Part shown: in pieces, positions 1 to 12,960 of the stretch | Position numbering within the stretch: the stretch's first letter is position 1 | Layout of the letters: each line of letters begins with the position of its first letter | Assembly: GCF_004010195.1 (NCBI RefSeq) | Contig: NC_057752.1 | Coordinates: 7,216,063 to 7,280,062, forward strand | Length of the DNA stretch: 64,000 nucleotides | Direction of reading: 5' to 3' | Origin: Chiloscyllium plagiosum | Taxonomy: Eukaryota | The notes under the pieces: model-generated | The model's input: only the letters and a program-made list of their open reading frames with translations | Databases searched by the model: none | Told to the model about the DNA's origin: nothing | Translations under genes and position numbers: made by a program

Positions 1-96
1 GCAGACACAGGGAGAATATGCAAACTCCACACAGATAGTTGCCCGAACCTGGGATTCTGGTGCTGTGAGGCAGCAGTGCTAACCACAGTGCTGCCC
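1..96 (-). mobile_element. HE1-type tRNA-derived SINE, 5' part
   Basis: Similar to the full copies at 17823 and 43814 (gtggttagcactgctgcctcacagc). Confidence 0.8.
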
Positions 97-562
97 GTTG
101 TAGAAGAAGGTTCCACAAAAGACAGATAAATCTGTAGTCCAGCACATTAAGATTTTAAAAACATATGCAGACTTCAATCTTTGTGGAATTTTAGTGACTG
201 AATTTTAGCTTTTGATTTTATCAATTATAATACTATAGAGTACAATTACTGCTTCTCTTTGTCCTAGAAATATAACCTCAGGCTACTGCCAAAAGTATAT
301 GATTTTTGTCGTTGTTCTGTAGATCTACATCATCAAAACTCTCAAAAGGTCCAAAAACTGCGCAGTGACTTGAAACCTGTGAAATAACACATTAGAAAGC
401 CAAGAGATAAGCACTCGTCCAGCAAGTACTACAATATCTGAGAATAAAATCCATTTTGTAAAAGTGACTCCAAGTGATTCAAATCCCTCATATTCATACT
501 GTAGAATACAATGTGATTCACAGCAAATTTTATTCCAAATAATCTGACCACCTTCATTTCTT

Positions 563-1229
563 ATAGAGTCAGAGTCCTATAGCATGGAACCAGGCCCTTT
601 GGCCCAAATTGATCCATGCCGACCAAAACGTCCATCCACACTAATCCCATTTCCCTGGACTTGGGCCATATCCTTCTAAACCTTTCCTATCCATATACAT
701 AGGAACCTTGATTATCCGAAGGATGCGGGTGGGGAGTATTTGTTTGGTTAATTGAATTCCGGATAATCGAATGCTGGATAACATAGTTTATCCAAGCATT
801 GGGACCTTGCGGTCTTGCCAGATAATCCGATATTTGGATAATCGAATGCCAGATAATTGAGGTTCCTCTGTATTTGTCCAAACACCTTTTAAGTGTTGTT
901 CATGTACCTGCTTAACCTACTTCTGCTGGCAGTTCACTCCATATATACGTACCACCCTGCGTAAAAAAAGGTTCCTCTAAGGTGCACTTTGATTCTTTCC
1001 TCTAACCTTAAACTGATGCCTTCTAATCCTCAATTCCCCAACCTAGGGAAAAAGACTGAGTGCATTCACCCTATCCATGCCTCTCATGATCTTATACACC
1101 TCTATAAGGGCCTTCCTCAGTCTTCTACGTTCTAAAGAAAAAAGTCCCAGCTTGTCCAATCTCTCCTTATAACTCAGACTGTTGAATTCTGGCAACATCC
1201 TTGTAAATTTCTTCTAAACTCTTTCCAGT
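563..1229 (-). mobile_element. CR1/HER1-type LINE 3' fragment, interrupted by a MITE
   Basis: Same RT C-terminus and ...atgactct tail as the copy at 23097-23700. Confidence 0.8.
698..870. mobile_element. Tc1/mariner-pogo-type MITE
   Basis: TIRs caTaggaacctTGattat / ataattgaggttcctctg; TA at 696-697 and 871-872; host CR1 sequence resumes after it. Confidence 0.8.
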
Positions 1230-1712
1230 TGTTAGGTTAAACTGAAACTTCAAACTCAACCACAACAAATCACCACAAATATGACTTATCCTCATGTTCT
1301 CTATGACTACCATGAATTATGTCAAGTATTTTCTTAATGTCCATAAAATGAAGATTTGAGGGTAATAATTCACCTCTAAGTTACAGGATCCTAAAATTAC
1401 AAACAAAAATCACCATCTTATTGGTAATAATTTAACTTTTGCTGGTGTAGAAATTTCAACGATTTCAGTTAGGTGAAAAAGAAAATGATTACTCTGGCCA
1501 ATGCACCCTTTAAAATTGCCTCTGCACATAGGCTGTACTAGTTTGTTTTATAAAGTTTGCAAATAGGTACCACATTATAATAAAGTATTCTCTTAGTGCA
1601 GATAAACCTTAGTCACAGGATTCCAAAGATTTTTGTAAGACTTTCTACCAAGTGTCTTATGGAATTCATGATGCTGGAAGCTCTGGGGTGTAACAGCCAA
1701 TTCTGGACTGTA

Positions 1713-2745
1713 TTTTTTTATTGTTTCACAGGACGTGAGCATTGTTGACTAGGTCAGCATTTATTGATCATTCTTAATTGCCTTAAGAAAGTGGTCAGGC
1801 ACATTCTAGAACCATTGCAGTCTATGGGGTAAAGGGATACCCAGAATGCTGTTAGAGAGGGAGCTCCAGTATTTTGACCCAGTGACACTGAAAGAACAGG
1901 CATGTATCTTTACGTCAGTAAGGTGTGCAATTTAGACCAGAACCTGCAGGTGGTGGTGTTCCCACAGTCTGCAGCCCTTGTTCTTCTACATAGTACAGGT
2001 TGTGGGTTTGAAAGGTGCTGTTGAAGGAGCACTGACGAGTTACTGAAAATGCTTTTTGTAGATGGTAAACACAACTGCCATTGATGAAGGGAATAAATGT
2101 TTACGGTGTTGGATAGGGTGTCAACCAAATGGGCTGCTTTGTCCTAGATGGTCAAGCTTCTTGAGCATTGTTGGAGATGCGCTCATCCAGACAAGTGAGG
2201 CTTTTCCATCATACTCTTGACTTGTGCCTCGTAAATAGGGGACAGGCTTTGGGGAGTCAGGAGGGGAGTTAATTGCCATAGATTTCCCAGCCTTTGGACT
2301 CGGTCTTGTAACTCCAGTATTTATAGGACTGGTCCAGTTCAGTTTCTGACAGCTGACAACCTTCAGCATGTTGATAATAGGAGATTGAGTAACGGTAATA
2401 CCATTGAATGTCAGGGTAAATGACTGGACCCACTCTTGTTCGAGATGCTCATTGCCTGGGACCTATTTGGCAGAAATGTTACTTCTCACTTAACAGCCCA
2501 AGCCGGGATATTGTCCAGGTCTTGCTGCATTTGGACAAGGATTGCTTCAGTACCTGAGGAGTTGAAAATGATGAACATTGTACAATCAGTGAACATTCTG
2601 ACCTTATGATGGAGCAAAGGTTATTGATAAAGCAATTGAAGATGGTTGGGCTGAGGAAAGTACCCTGAGGAACTCCTGCAGTGATGTCCTGGAGTTGAAG
2701 TGACTGACCTCCAACAACCACAACCATCTTCTTTGTGCCAGGTAG
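1713..2745 (-). mobile_element. 3' part of the tRNA-headed CR1-group LINE family
   Basis: RT motif GVPQGT.LSPTIF.CFIN in ORF 2479-2727; tail shared with 31547-34535. Confidence 0.8.
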
Positions 2746-4406
2746 CTATTGAATATATGTACTCAGAGTACAAGATCTGTGTTTGTTTTGATCGGAGATT
2801 CACTCAATCTGGCATTTTTAGAAAAAATATGATAAAAGATGTTCACTGTGGTTCGTCCTATTTTATGTCTTCATGGATTGGAGGATGTTGTGAAGAAATG
2901 GCCCATGAGTGCTTGCTCCAATCACTTGCAGTATTGATGTAGCCATTTTTGCACAGATTATATTGTGTTGCTGGTAGATTTATCAGGAGATTTGCATTTG
3001 GGTATTCACCAGAGTGACTGACTATGCATTAGGTTATGGTGATAGACATGATATACAGTAGGCTTGAATGAGTCTCAAAAGGCATTGATTAGAAAATGCA
3101 AGAACTAACAACAGCGATGCTTACGCACATATATTTGAACAGCCATTATAATTTCAAAATGATAGAAGCACATCAAACACCACTGGGATAGAGATTTGGG
3201 GCATAATCCGTCTGAATACTTCAAATGTGGACTCTCCCAACAACTTTCCATATGATATGATAAGCTGATGAATTTAAAGTTAGACTTGTAGATTCCTGTG
3301 AACAAGTCACCTTTCCTCCTGAAGAGTGCAAAATTAAATGTATGGCATCATAAAAAACAACATTGCGGAAGGGTGGGGTGACATGATTCGTTTTGCAGGG
3401 ATAGTAATTTCTCAGTTTGAGGTAAGGAGTAGAATTGGACAACTGTATAGGGTTATAAATATTGAAAGGTTATAGAAGGTAGTTGCTGGAAGTGCTCCAC
3501 AAGACAATTACACATACAGATTTTGACTTAATTGCACTTGTTGAAATTTGTTTACACTTCTATTAAAGATCATTATTTGTTATGGGTGCGGTCAGGCAAC
3601 AGGATATGATTAAAGACACACAGTAGGGATGCAAGGGTTTGGTGACAAAATCAAGTTCAGTTTACAGTCATGTTGCCTGAAATATATCAATTGCACAGTG
3701 ATTACACTTTCCCTGAACGGCTTGATCCTGCTCAGTAGTGACTTATCCTGCCTTGACCACCTCAATCTGCATTTAGGTAATTCTTAGACATATTTTCCAA
3801 ATGATTCAGTGGAGTCATAAATATACGTAAAACAGACATCAACAAATCTTTGATGCAAAGCAAATCCAAAATGCTGAAACCTCCACCAAGATAATTATTT
3901 AAGAACAACATTTGGTATTGCCATCAGCAAGTATAATTGATATATTAGTCATAATTCAGAATAGGAACAATTCAGCAATCTTAGCCAAATAACTGTCAGG
4001 AACATAGAAGCCCAAATTATGTCCTAACAGAGCAATAAGCCTTACTGAATGCTTGAGACCTGCTCAATCATTTAAACATACTTCCTGAAGTGTACTCCTC
4101 TTCGCCTCCTCAAACATTCTACAATTATTACAGGAGAGTGCAATGACAATATAGCAGACAATGTGTTCAACATGGAACATGTTTCTGACAGATAAGCCAC
4201 AAACAAATCCAACTGCTTCCTAATTATGTCAAAAGGAGAATGAAGCATCTTAAAAAGGAGACAATTATTTAAGGTGGATTATTGTCTACTCATTTAGTTT
4301 CATAATACATGTGAATTGTGATATCCTTTTCTTTCTTCATCAATTTGTTAATTTGTAGCCTAACAATAGATTATGAAATGATATTTATTTTTGGTGAATG
4401 ACCTAC

Positions 4407-4542
4407 CAGTTCTGTAGTTCAGCAAATGCCAGCTTCATCTTCCTAATAGAAATGTCCATTTCCTCTTTAATAACCGCCCGGTACCTAGCTAGGGACACAG
4501 TACATCGCTGCAAGTCTTTTGCTGACTTCTCTATATTAGTAC
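4407..4542 (-). CDS. SPATS2: SPATS2 coding exon, (G)TNIEKSAKDLQRCTVSLARYRAVIKEEMDISIRKMKLAFAELQN(C)
   Basis: ctctag|GTACT...AACTG|gtaggt; 136 nt, phase 1 to 2; conserved NIEKS.KDLQRCTVSL.RYR motif. Confidence 0.96.
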
Positions 4543-4890
4543 CTAGAGAAACAAAAAGGTGAAAGAAAATTGCTCGTCAATATACAGGCATATTGGAGTG
4601 AGTTGAACTTTAAACAAAGCAATTCCACCAACACAACTAAATGGGCCTGCAACGGTTTGCATGAGAATCAGTGTTCTTGCAACACAATCACATTGTGCTA
4701 AGATGTGAAAGAGAAAGCTCCCCAATTCATCACAAAGATGACTGATACCACCATGAAACGACCTGCCCCACCTACAGATCGGCTTGAGGTTCTCCAATAT
4801 ACCACATTATTAGCTACAACATTTATGTTATAACTAGCCTTTTGCACCATCCCAAAGGTAACAGGACAAAGAGAAAAAAAGGGAAGAGAA

Positions 4891-5235
4891 CAAACATTTG
4901 TATTTATCTAGCACCTTTCAGGATGTGGCAAGTGTTTTAAAACTGGCAAGTACCTTTGAAGTGTAATCACTATTATAATGTAGGAAACACTGCAGTCAAT
5001 TAAATCAGTAAACACCCATAAATATGAATGAGACAATGGAGCAGATGTTCTGTTTCAGTGATATTGGCTGAGGGATAAATGCAGGTCAGAACACAATACC
5101 GGTACTGAGAAGTCCTCTGCTGCACGTCAAATCATGTGTGAGGTTATTTGATGCCCAATTGAGGGCAGGTAGGGATCTTTATTTCACATCTCATCCAAAA
5201 GATAACCACCTCCAACAGTGTACCACCCCCTCAGT
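4891..5235 (-). mobile_element. Deu-domain SINE (SacSINE1/AmnSINE1-like), decayed
   Basis: Minus strand ggaggtgg..cttttggatgagatgt...atttatccctcagccaa...gtttcctacattat...gaaaggtgctagataaatac resembles the Deu core and tail. Confidence 0.65.
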
Positions 5236-6681
5236 TAAAAGGGATTAACAGTGTTAACATATATTACTAGTATGGACACAGGATGCTTTTTCAAGAAAGG
5301 AACTGGCCAGATTGCCTGAAGAGTTGTGATACATTTTTGGTGGCTTGTATGAGGTGGATTCAACAAACATAAATAAAGCCCCAAATGGTGACTGAAAAAC
5401 AATTGCACATTACAGTTGACTCTATTTTGGTTTTGAGGAACCTAGCCTTCAGGCTGTGCTACAGTACTATATAATTGAGCCATTCTACAATTTAAATAGG
5501 TCATCGATTCTCAGGGGCCACAGGGCATGATGTTACATTGATCACCAGATGAATGTAATTGTGTATTAGCTGACATAACAGGATATAGATGGAAACAAGG
5601 ATGTCTAAAGTTTGATCTCAGTGGCTACCATGACGTACAGTGGGCTGGTTTAGGGAAAATTCCAGCTGGTACAGCTGATGATTGATTCTACAGACTCTCT
5701 ACAACAAAAGGACATATGAGAGATGATTCTGTTGATTCTACATACAAGAGCAACAGTACATAAATCTTCACTTTGGACAGTCTTTATAGATGTTTTGTCT
5801 TATGCATTCGTGAGGATCAGTAAATGATTGGCCACTTGACCAGCGGTAGTCACATACAGAACCAACTACCTGGCTACATATCTTCAATGCAGTAGGGGTA
5901 GTCTCTGCTGTGGAGCAAGCCATCTCCCAGAAAACCCATTGGTCTACGTGAAACTACATTATATTTAATCCGACATCATTAACAGATTAACTCCGTAAGT
6001 GCTGTAGCGTTTCTACAATACTGAAGATAAATGAAACCGTACTGTTTAAACAATGAAGCACAAATATTATTGTTCTTCATTTATTTGCTGAAGAATTAAC
6101 TATACATTGACTAAACAGGCAGATTTATGCTATTACAGGCTTGTCAGCAGTTTACTGCACAGGACAGACAGGAAAAGGCATCCACGTTTGCGCTTACACC
6201 TACCTATTAGTTTTCAACTATCTACACAGGAACACCAAGATCTAGACACAAGAACAGGACATGACACACAGATCTTACCACTGTGTTTGCAAAGCATCAC
6301 TGTGTCACCTCGTTAACATTTTGTGAACAAGGTATCCAAAAGAAAACAAACTTAAAAAGCAAATGTGATTTTCATTAAAATGTTCCATTAGAAAATTTAT
6401 GTGGGACGTTAGGCCTAATTCCACATTTTAGATTAAACAAATTTGCTACATTTTGACATGTTGCTCAATAGATGCACAAAAGCAACACTCAAACAATTGT
6501 GCAACTGCAGAAGTACAGCATAGGAATTTTGTTACTTTTTTTTGCTGCTGTAACCCAACAGGAGCTCTCGGACAGACCACCTTCTTCTGAGGCAGTCACC
6601 AGAGGCCAAGAGTGTCCTGCTTCTATTCCAATTCAATGTGTCCGGAAATGGCTGGCATCTCCAATACACAATTGCACATTT

Positions 6682-7410
6682 AAAAAAAAATTCATTTGTG
6701 GGATGTGGGTATTGCTGGCTAGTTAACATTTATTGCCCATCCCTAGTTGCCCTCGAGAAGGTGGTGATGAGCTGCCGCCTTGAACCGCTGCATTCACCTT
6801 CTGTGGATTGACTCTCAGTGCCATTAGGGAGAGAATTCCAGGACTTTGGCCCAGTGACAGTGAAGGAACAGCTGATATATTTCCAAGTAAGGATGCAGAG
6901 AGGCTTGGAGGGCAACTTACAGGGAGTAGTGCTTCCATGTATCTGCTGCCCTTGTCCTTCTAGATGGAAGTGGTCATGGGATGGAAAGCGCTGTTGGAGG
7001 ATCTTTGATGAATTTCTGCAGTGCATCTTGTAGATGGTACTGAGCGTTGGTGGTGGAGGGAATGGATACTTGTGGATGTGGTGCTTGGATGGTGTCAAGT
7101 TTGAGTGTTCAAGGCAAGTGGGGAATATTCCCACACTCCTGCCTTGTGACTTGTAAATGGGGGACAGGCTTTGAGGAGTCAGGTGGTGAAATATGCGCTG
7201 CAATATTCCTAGCCTCTGACCTGCTCTTGTAGCTACTGTGCTTATGTGGAGAGTCCAATTACATTTCTAGTTAATGGCAAAACCCAGGATATTGATGGGG
7301 GGAATTCAGTGATATTAGCACTATTGAATGTCAAGGGGCGGTAGTTAGATAGTCTCTTACTGGTGATGGTCATTGCCTGGCATTTGTGTGGCGGGCATGT
7401 TACTGCCATA
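6682..7410 (-). mobile_element. 3' part of the tRNA-headed CR1-group LINE family
   Basis: Collinear with 33800-34535 and 54926-55700. Confidence 0.8.
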
Positions 7411-7559
7411 TTGTGGGTCAATAGTTCTTGAAGTTGGGCTGTTTGGATGTTAGTGTGCTCTCTCTGACCTTCAACTCACCTCCAAAATGTTCCCTTGGTG
7501 GGCTTAGTGCCTTCGCTATTTTGGTCAGTCACAAGTAGATTCACGCATGAGTTAGCATG

Positions 7560-8585
7560 GATTTTTGATCTCTTAAGGGATGTATCTGGGAGGAGGAGCA
7601 CATACTAGAGGACTTCAGGGACACTGTCTCCCTTCTTGAATATGGTATCATGTTGAACTGCAGGTAACTAAAGAGAAGTCTTCCTGGTATCTGCCACAAG
7701 AAAAATCATTGCATGGAACCCCCTAAACCTAAACCACTGTCTCCCAGTGACTGAAGAGCTGCTTTCTGGGTTGCAAAACAGTTTTCACCTGTCAAGAAAC
7801 ATCACAGATGTGATCTTCACTGGTGCAACAAATTCAAGTGCAAGGAATAGCATTCTCATGTTGTACATGACCACTTACTGATCCTGTGAAAGTCTTTGAA
7901 TCGGTCAACACAAAAACTTATGGGGTTCACAAATATCCATCATGGTACCTGCCACTAGCACAGCACAAAGTTGAAAATGCTTTCAGATGAGAAGCACTTT
8001 TGGCATGAATATATGACAACTCAAATCCCCACAGAAATATCACCACAGAAACATCCACAAAATCCTGTAAATCCATTGGCAGGATAGGCACTCAAAAGTG
8101 TTCTCTCGCAAACTAACATCAGCTTTGAGGTACTGTCAAACAGCTTCGATGAGCAGGCCACAGTGTCTGCATGCCTGAGACAAGGTCCTTAAAACAAGTT
8201 TCCTCCTCTAAGCCTGGTCACAAGTAAGTGGTTACCAGAAGGGTAGAGAAACAGTTCAAAGGACATCCCCAAAGACTTCCTGAAAAATAAATACAACATT
8301 CCCACTGATTTGTGGGAATCTCTTGCCCAGATTTCCCAAACTGAAAAGCATCTGTGAAGGTGACAACCATTTCACGCATCTCCACCAGGTCCAGGTAAAG
8401 GCCAACTGCAAACACACCACCTGTCTCTTCAAACTCCTTCTGCTCCATCTTTGGGAGTGTGTACAGACCCCAAGGTCTACTCACCTCAGGACACACAACT
8501 CTGGCGTGGAAGAAAGTCAATTTCATACTCAAGGGACTGCCTAAATGAGAACTGCTGCACCCTTGTTATTTCCTGTGCAAAAGAC
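7560..8585 (+). mobile_element. Old RTE-clade LINE fragment
   Basis: Decayed RT motifs (acagatgtgatcttcact, D.IFT; aaagtctttgaatcggtcaac, K.F.SVN) and an RTE-like C-terminus (aacattcccactgatttgtgggaatctcttgcccag). Confidence 0.6.
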
Positions 8586-8696
8586 AATGTTGGGTCTTGT
8601 CCGGTCTTCAGATCAGTCCAGCTATTCATCGCTGGAGCTGAGCTCCTTGTAGCCCAGGCTCTTTTTCCAGGATTGAACTGGAAAGGAGTCTGATCT

Positions 8697-10068
8697 GGAT
8701 AAATGCATTTTGGTACAACAAACCAGGGTAGAGGGCTTATACAATTAATGAAAGGGCCTTGGGTAGTGTTGTAGAACAGAGGGACCTTGGGGTGCAGGTA
8801 CACAATTCTTTGAAGTTTGTGTCACATATAGACAGGATGATTAAAAAAGCATTTGGCATGCTTGCCTTTATTGCAGGGTCCTTTTTAATGTAGGAGTTGG
8901 GACATTACATTGAGATTGTACAGGACATCCTTGAAGCCTCTTCTGGAATACTGTGTCCAGTTCTGGTTGCCCAATTATAGGAAGGATATTATTAATTTCG
9001 AGAGTGTCAGAAGAGATTTACTAGGATGCTGCCGGGTATGGAAGGTTTGAAATATAAAGAAAGGCTAGATAGACCGAGACTTTTTTCATTGGAGCATAGG
9101 AGGTTGAGAGGCGACTTGATAGAAGTTTATAAAACAAAACAATGACAGGTATAGGCAGAGTTAGTGATAGTTGTCTTTTCCTCAAGACTGGAGGCACATT
9201 TCTAAGGTGAGAGGAGAGAGATTTAAAAAAAAAGAGGGTGGTTAGCCCAGCAGCATCTCTACTTTCTGTGTAGACGGAGGAAAGCTCACCTCCCACCCCT
9301 CATTCTACAGAGGGTTCATTGAGAGTACCCTGAGCTGCTGCATCACCGCTTGGTTTGGGAATTGCACCGTCTCAGACCGTAAGACTCTACAACAGGCAGT
9401 GAGGACAGCTGCGAAGATCATTGGGGTCTCTCTTCCCTCCATGACAGACATTTACATCACACACTGCATCCGAAAGGCTAAGAGCATTGTGGAAGACCCC
9501 CACATACCCTTCACTCAAACTCTTCTCCCTCCTGCCATCTGGCAGAAGATACCTGAGCATTCCATCTCTCATGGCCAGACTGTGCAACAGTTTCTTCCCC
9601 CAAGCCATCAGACTCCTTAACACTGTACGATTGGAGTTTTTTCCATCAGAAAGCCTTTGCTTGAATTGTATTGTATTGCTGCTAGAACAATGTCTATTAA
9701 TTATCATTCTTTTATTACACTGCAATTTGCGTGTTTTGCATTTCTTATGCACTTTATATGATCGTGTAGCTTGTGCTGTCCATGTAGCACCGTGGTCCTG
9801 GAGCAACACTGTCTCGTTTTTAAGTGTATCAGTTGTATATGGTAGAAGTGACAAATAAAAGCTTCTCTCTCTCTGTCTAGTGTGTGGGATGAACTTCCTG
9901 GGGAAGTGGTGGATGTGGGTACAACTGCAACATTTAAAAGGCACTTGGACAAATACATGAATAGGAAAGGCTTGGAGGGATATGGTCCAGGAGCAGGCAG
10001 ATGGAACTAGTTTAGTTCAGCATGGACTGGTTGGATCAAAGGGTCGGTTTCCATGCTGTATGACTCTG
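8697..10068 (+). mobile_element. CR1/HER1-type LINE 3' fragment, split by a Rex1 insertion
   Basis: LEYCVQFW..., RFTRMLPG and tail ctgtatgactct; continuous across 9246-9877. Confidence 0.85.
9246..9877 (+). mobile_element. Rex1/Babar LINE 3' end
   Basis: CITAWFGNC, RTAAKIIGVSLPS, FSLLPSGRRY and NSFFPQAIRLLN; aataaa then (CT)n tail. Confidence 0.85.
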
Positions 10069-11389
10069 TGAGAATGTTCCCTGCTCAAACTGCCTTGAAG
10101 ACCATAGCAGAGCTTCTTCAGTGTATCGGTAGGTGGCCATTCTTTATCCTCTACCCTGCTGGAGAGGATGCCTGCCTGTCAAGCTGTTCGAAAATTTCCA
10201 CCTTGTTCTTCAGAGTGGTTGAACCTCCCATTTCCCAGTGATATCCACTTTTCGCTTTCCACAATTTCCTAATTATGGTATCGATTTCACATTGTCTTCA
10301 CCTTTATCATAGTTTCACAGAGAAATCCTGATGTCAACTCATGGCTTGCCCATGATTTAATGCTGCAGCAAGATCTAACTCCACTCCACATGTTTCACAA
10401 TCACATGACAGGCTTGAGTTACCAATCCAGAACTGCTTATCATGGACATCCTTCTGTTGGATTTCCTTTTCTGCTTTTGGGAATGGTTGACAACTTTAAA
10501 ACAACCAGAGTTTTGGGTTATTGAAATTTGACTCATCACAACTTCACTGTTTTATTTCATATGACATTGGAGGTTTTTTGTGTCTTTTTACAGAACTGTT
10601 TAGCTTTCTATGGCAGAAAGACTCTGGAGGTGGCAGTTAGGCTATGATGGAAATCCTCAGGGCACAAGTAGGGCATATGACAGAAATAGGCATCCATACA
10701 GGATTGTTTTGCCAGCACATTACTTAAGCCATGGTCTCACATAACACTGTTGTGATAACAGTAGTTGAATAATTTTACTTGGCAGCTTACTGGTCCAATG
10801 ATTTTAAATAACAAGTCCGGCAATTTCACACCCTACAAAACCTGTACAGCATGCACAGTTCCTCAGAGTTAGGAACACTACACAATGTCAACCAAATGCA
10901 GGATTCAGATGGGATCTATTTGCCAACATTCAAGGAGACTAACATAAAATAGATTCTGGCTAAGTTAAAGAAAACCATTCATAGATATTTACAGCAAAAT
11001 CATTTTCTTGGAAGTCGAACAAATAAAATTAAAATTATGCAAACTCTTCCGATAGCATTTTCAAAAAATGGTATGTTGTGAGATGACAAATCTTTACAAT
11101 TACTCAATTTACAAATCAATCATTTTTTTTGAAAATTTAAAAGTGCATAGTATCAAAATGCACCCAGGCACCAATGTGGTTAAGCTAGTTTCCATAGAGA
11201 ATCTTAGTTACAATTTGTTTTTAGGCATTAGAAAGGATATGAAGCTAGAAGGCAGTCTAAATTTCTTGAGCAATTACTTACACATTTTGACACAATAGGT
11301 CATGTGCATGTCAGTAAGACACGATCTTGGCAGACTTTTAGTCCTTTGTTTAACCCATTTCTTGCCCATCATGAATATAACTGTGTACA

Positions 11390-12025
11390 AATTAGGGGCA
11401 GTAGGCCACTTGACCCTTTGAGCCTGCTCTGCCATTTGACAGTATCATAGCTGATCTCCACTTCACACTCCTGTTTACCCTGATGGATTCTGACTCACCA
11501 GAAAGTTGAAGGCTATCTACCTCAACCTCAAAAATATTCAATGATCCCAGCCCCCACTGCTCTCTGGGGAGGAATTCCACAGACCTCAGAGAAAGAAAAT
11601 TCTACTCGTCACGACCTAAAAGGCATTACCCCTTATTTTTAAAGCTATGTTCCTCAGTTATGGTCCCTCTCAAGAAGAAACATCTGAAACAAAAAAAGAA
11701 AATTCTCATCCATCTTAGAAGGGAGACCGCTCATTCTTAAACGAGGTTTGCTAGTTTTAGTCTCCCCTCAAGAAGAAACAGCTCCTCTGCATCCACCTTG
11801 TCAAGCCCCTTCAGGATCTTACACGTTTCAATAAAATCAACACTCATTCTTCCAAATTCCAATGGAAACATGTTGAACAATGTCACATGAGGAAATCTCA
11901 ATCTCAGAAATCAAAGGAGCTTTCTCTGTACTTCTTCCAATGCAATTATGTCATTCTTTAAATAATGAGACTAAAATTGTAAACAGTACTCTCGATGTGG
12001 CATACGCAACTATATAATTGAGGTA
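11390..12025 (-). mobile_element. Older CR1-group LINE 3' fragment(s)
   Basis: Tail gtaggccacttgaccctttgagcctgctctgccatt, similar to 51290 onward. Confidence 0.65.
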
Positions 12026-12313
12026 AGATTTTCATAAGATAATGTCACAGTTGAAACAGCCAAACACAAAATATTTAACTTCTTCCACGCTGTCTCCGAA
12101 AAGCTTTGCATTTAACACATGGCTAGAAAGCTAACCACACAGCACAACTTGAACTGGGTCATTGCAACTTGCAGCATGCTAAATTTATGTGAATTTAGAT
12201 TCCGATTTGTAGATTCCCAATCAGATACTTGAGGTTGTTCTTACTAGGGCAGCCTCTTGATTAAATACAAGCTGCTCTTGGCCATTTTCAACCGATTCAT
12301 TCCACATGCAGAG

Positions 12314-12524
12314 GGAAAAAGTGAGGACTGCAGATGCTGGAGAGCAGAGTTGAGAGTGTGGTGCTGGAAAATCACAGAGGCTGGGCAGCATCTAAGGAGC
12401 AGGAGAATCGATGTTTCGGACATAAGCCCTTCATCATCAGGAATGAGCCTGAAGAATGCTCATTCCTGATGAAGGACTTATGCCTGAAACGTCGATTCAC
12501 TTGCATCTCAGATGCTGCCTGATT
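12314..12524. mobile_element. Fold-back Penelope-type mini-element with hammerhead motifs on both strands
   Basis: 11-bp TSD cacatgcagag (12303-12313, 12525-12535); inverted arms; CTGATGA...GAAAC(G/A)TC on each strand. Confidence 0.8.
12462..12497 (+). ncRNA. Minimal type I hammerhead ribozyme motif (stem II partly decayed)
   Basis: attc CTGATGA a ggac ttat gcct GAAA CGTC gatt. Confidence 0.55.
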
Positions 12525-12679
12525 CACATGCAGAGATCTGGAAGTGTATCTGAAATTCAACAGAAATACAAACTGAACAATAAAATACCTGCTTTTAAAC
12601 TGATATGACTTGTGTGGCTGGTTTTAACGTACACCAATTTAACTGAAGACCGTTAACTCATCAAGTCTCCCCCAATTGT

Positions 12680-12960
12680 ACCTTCCAGCCAGTGATCTAT
12701 ACCACGAAAGACAAGAACAGCAGATACACAGGGCACCACCACCTGCAAGTTTCACTCTGAGCCACACACCATCCTGACTTACAACTATAATACTATTCCT
12801 TCACTGTTGCTGGGTCAAAATCCTGGAATTCCCTTCTTGGTAACACTGTGGGATACCTAAATCCTCAAGTATTGCAATGGCTCAAGGTGACAACTCATCA
12901 CCACCCTCTTCGGGCCAATTACACATGGACAATAAATGCTGGCCTAGCCAGTGACATCCT
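12680..12960 (+). mobile_element. 3' end of the tRNA-headed LINE family
   Basis: caccaccacctgcaagtt...aaatcctggaattccct...aataaatgctggcctagccagtgac. Confidence 0.75.
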
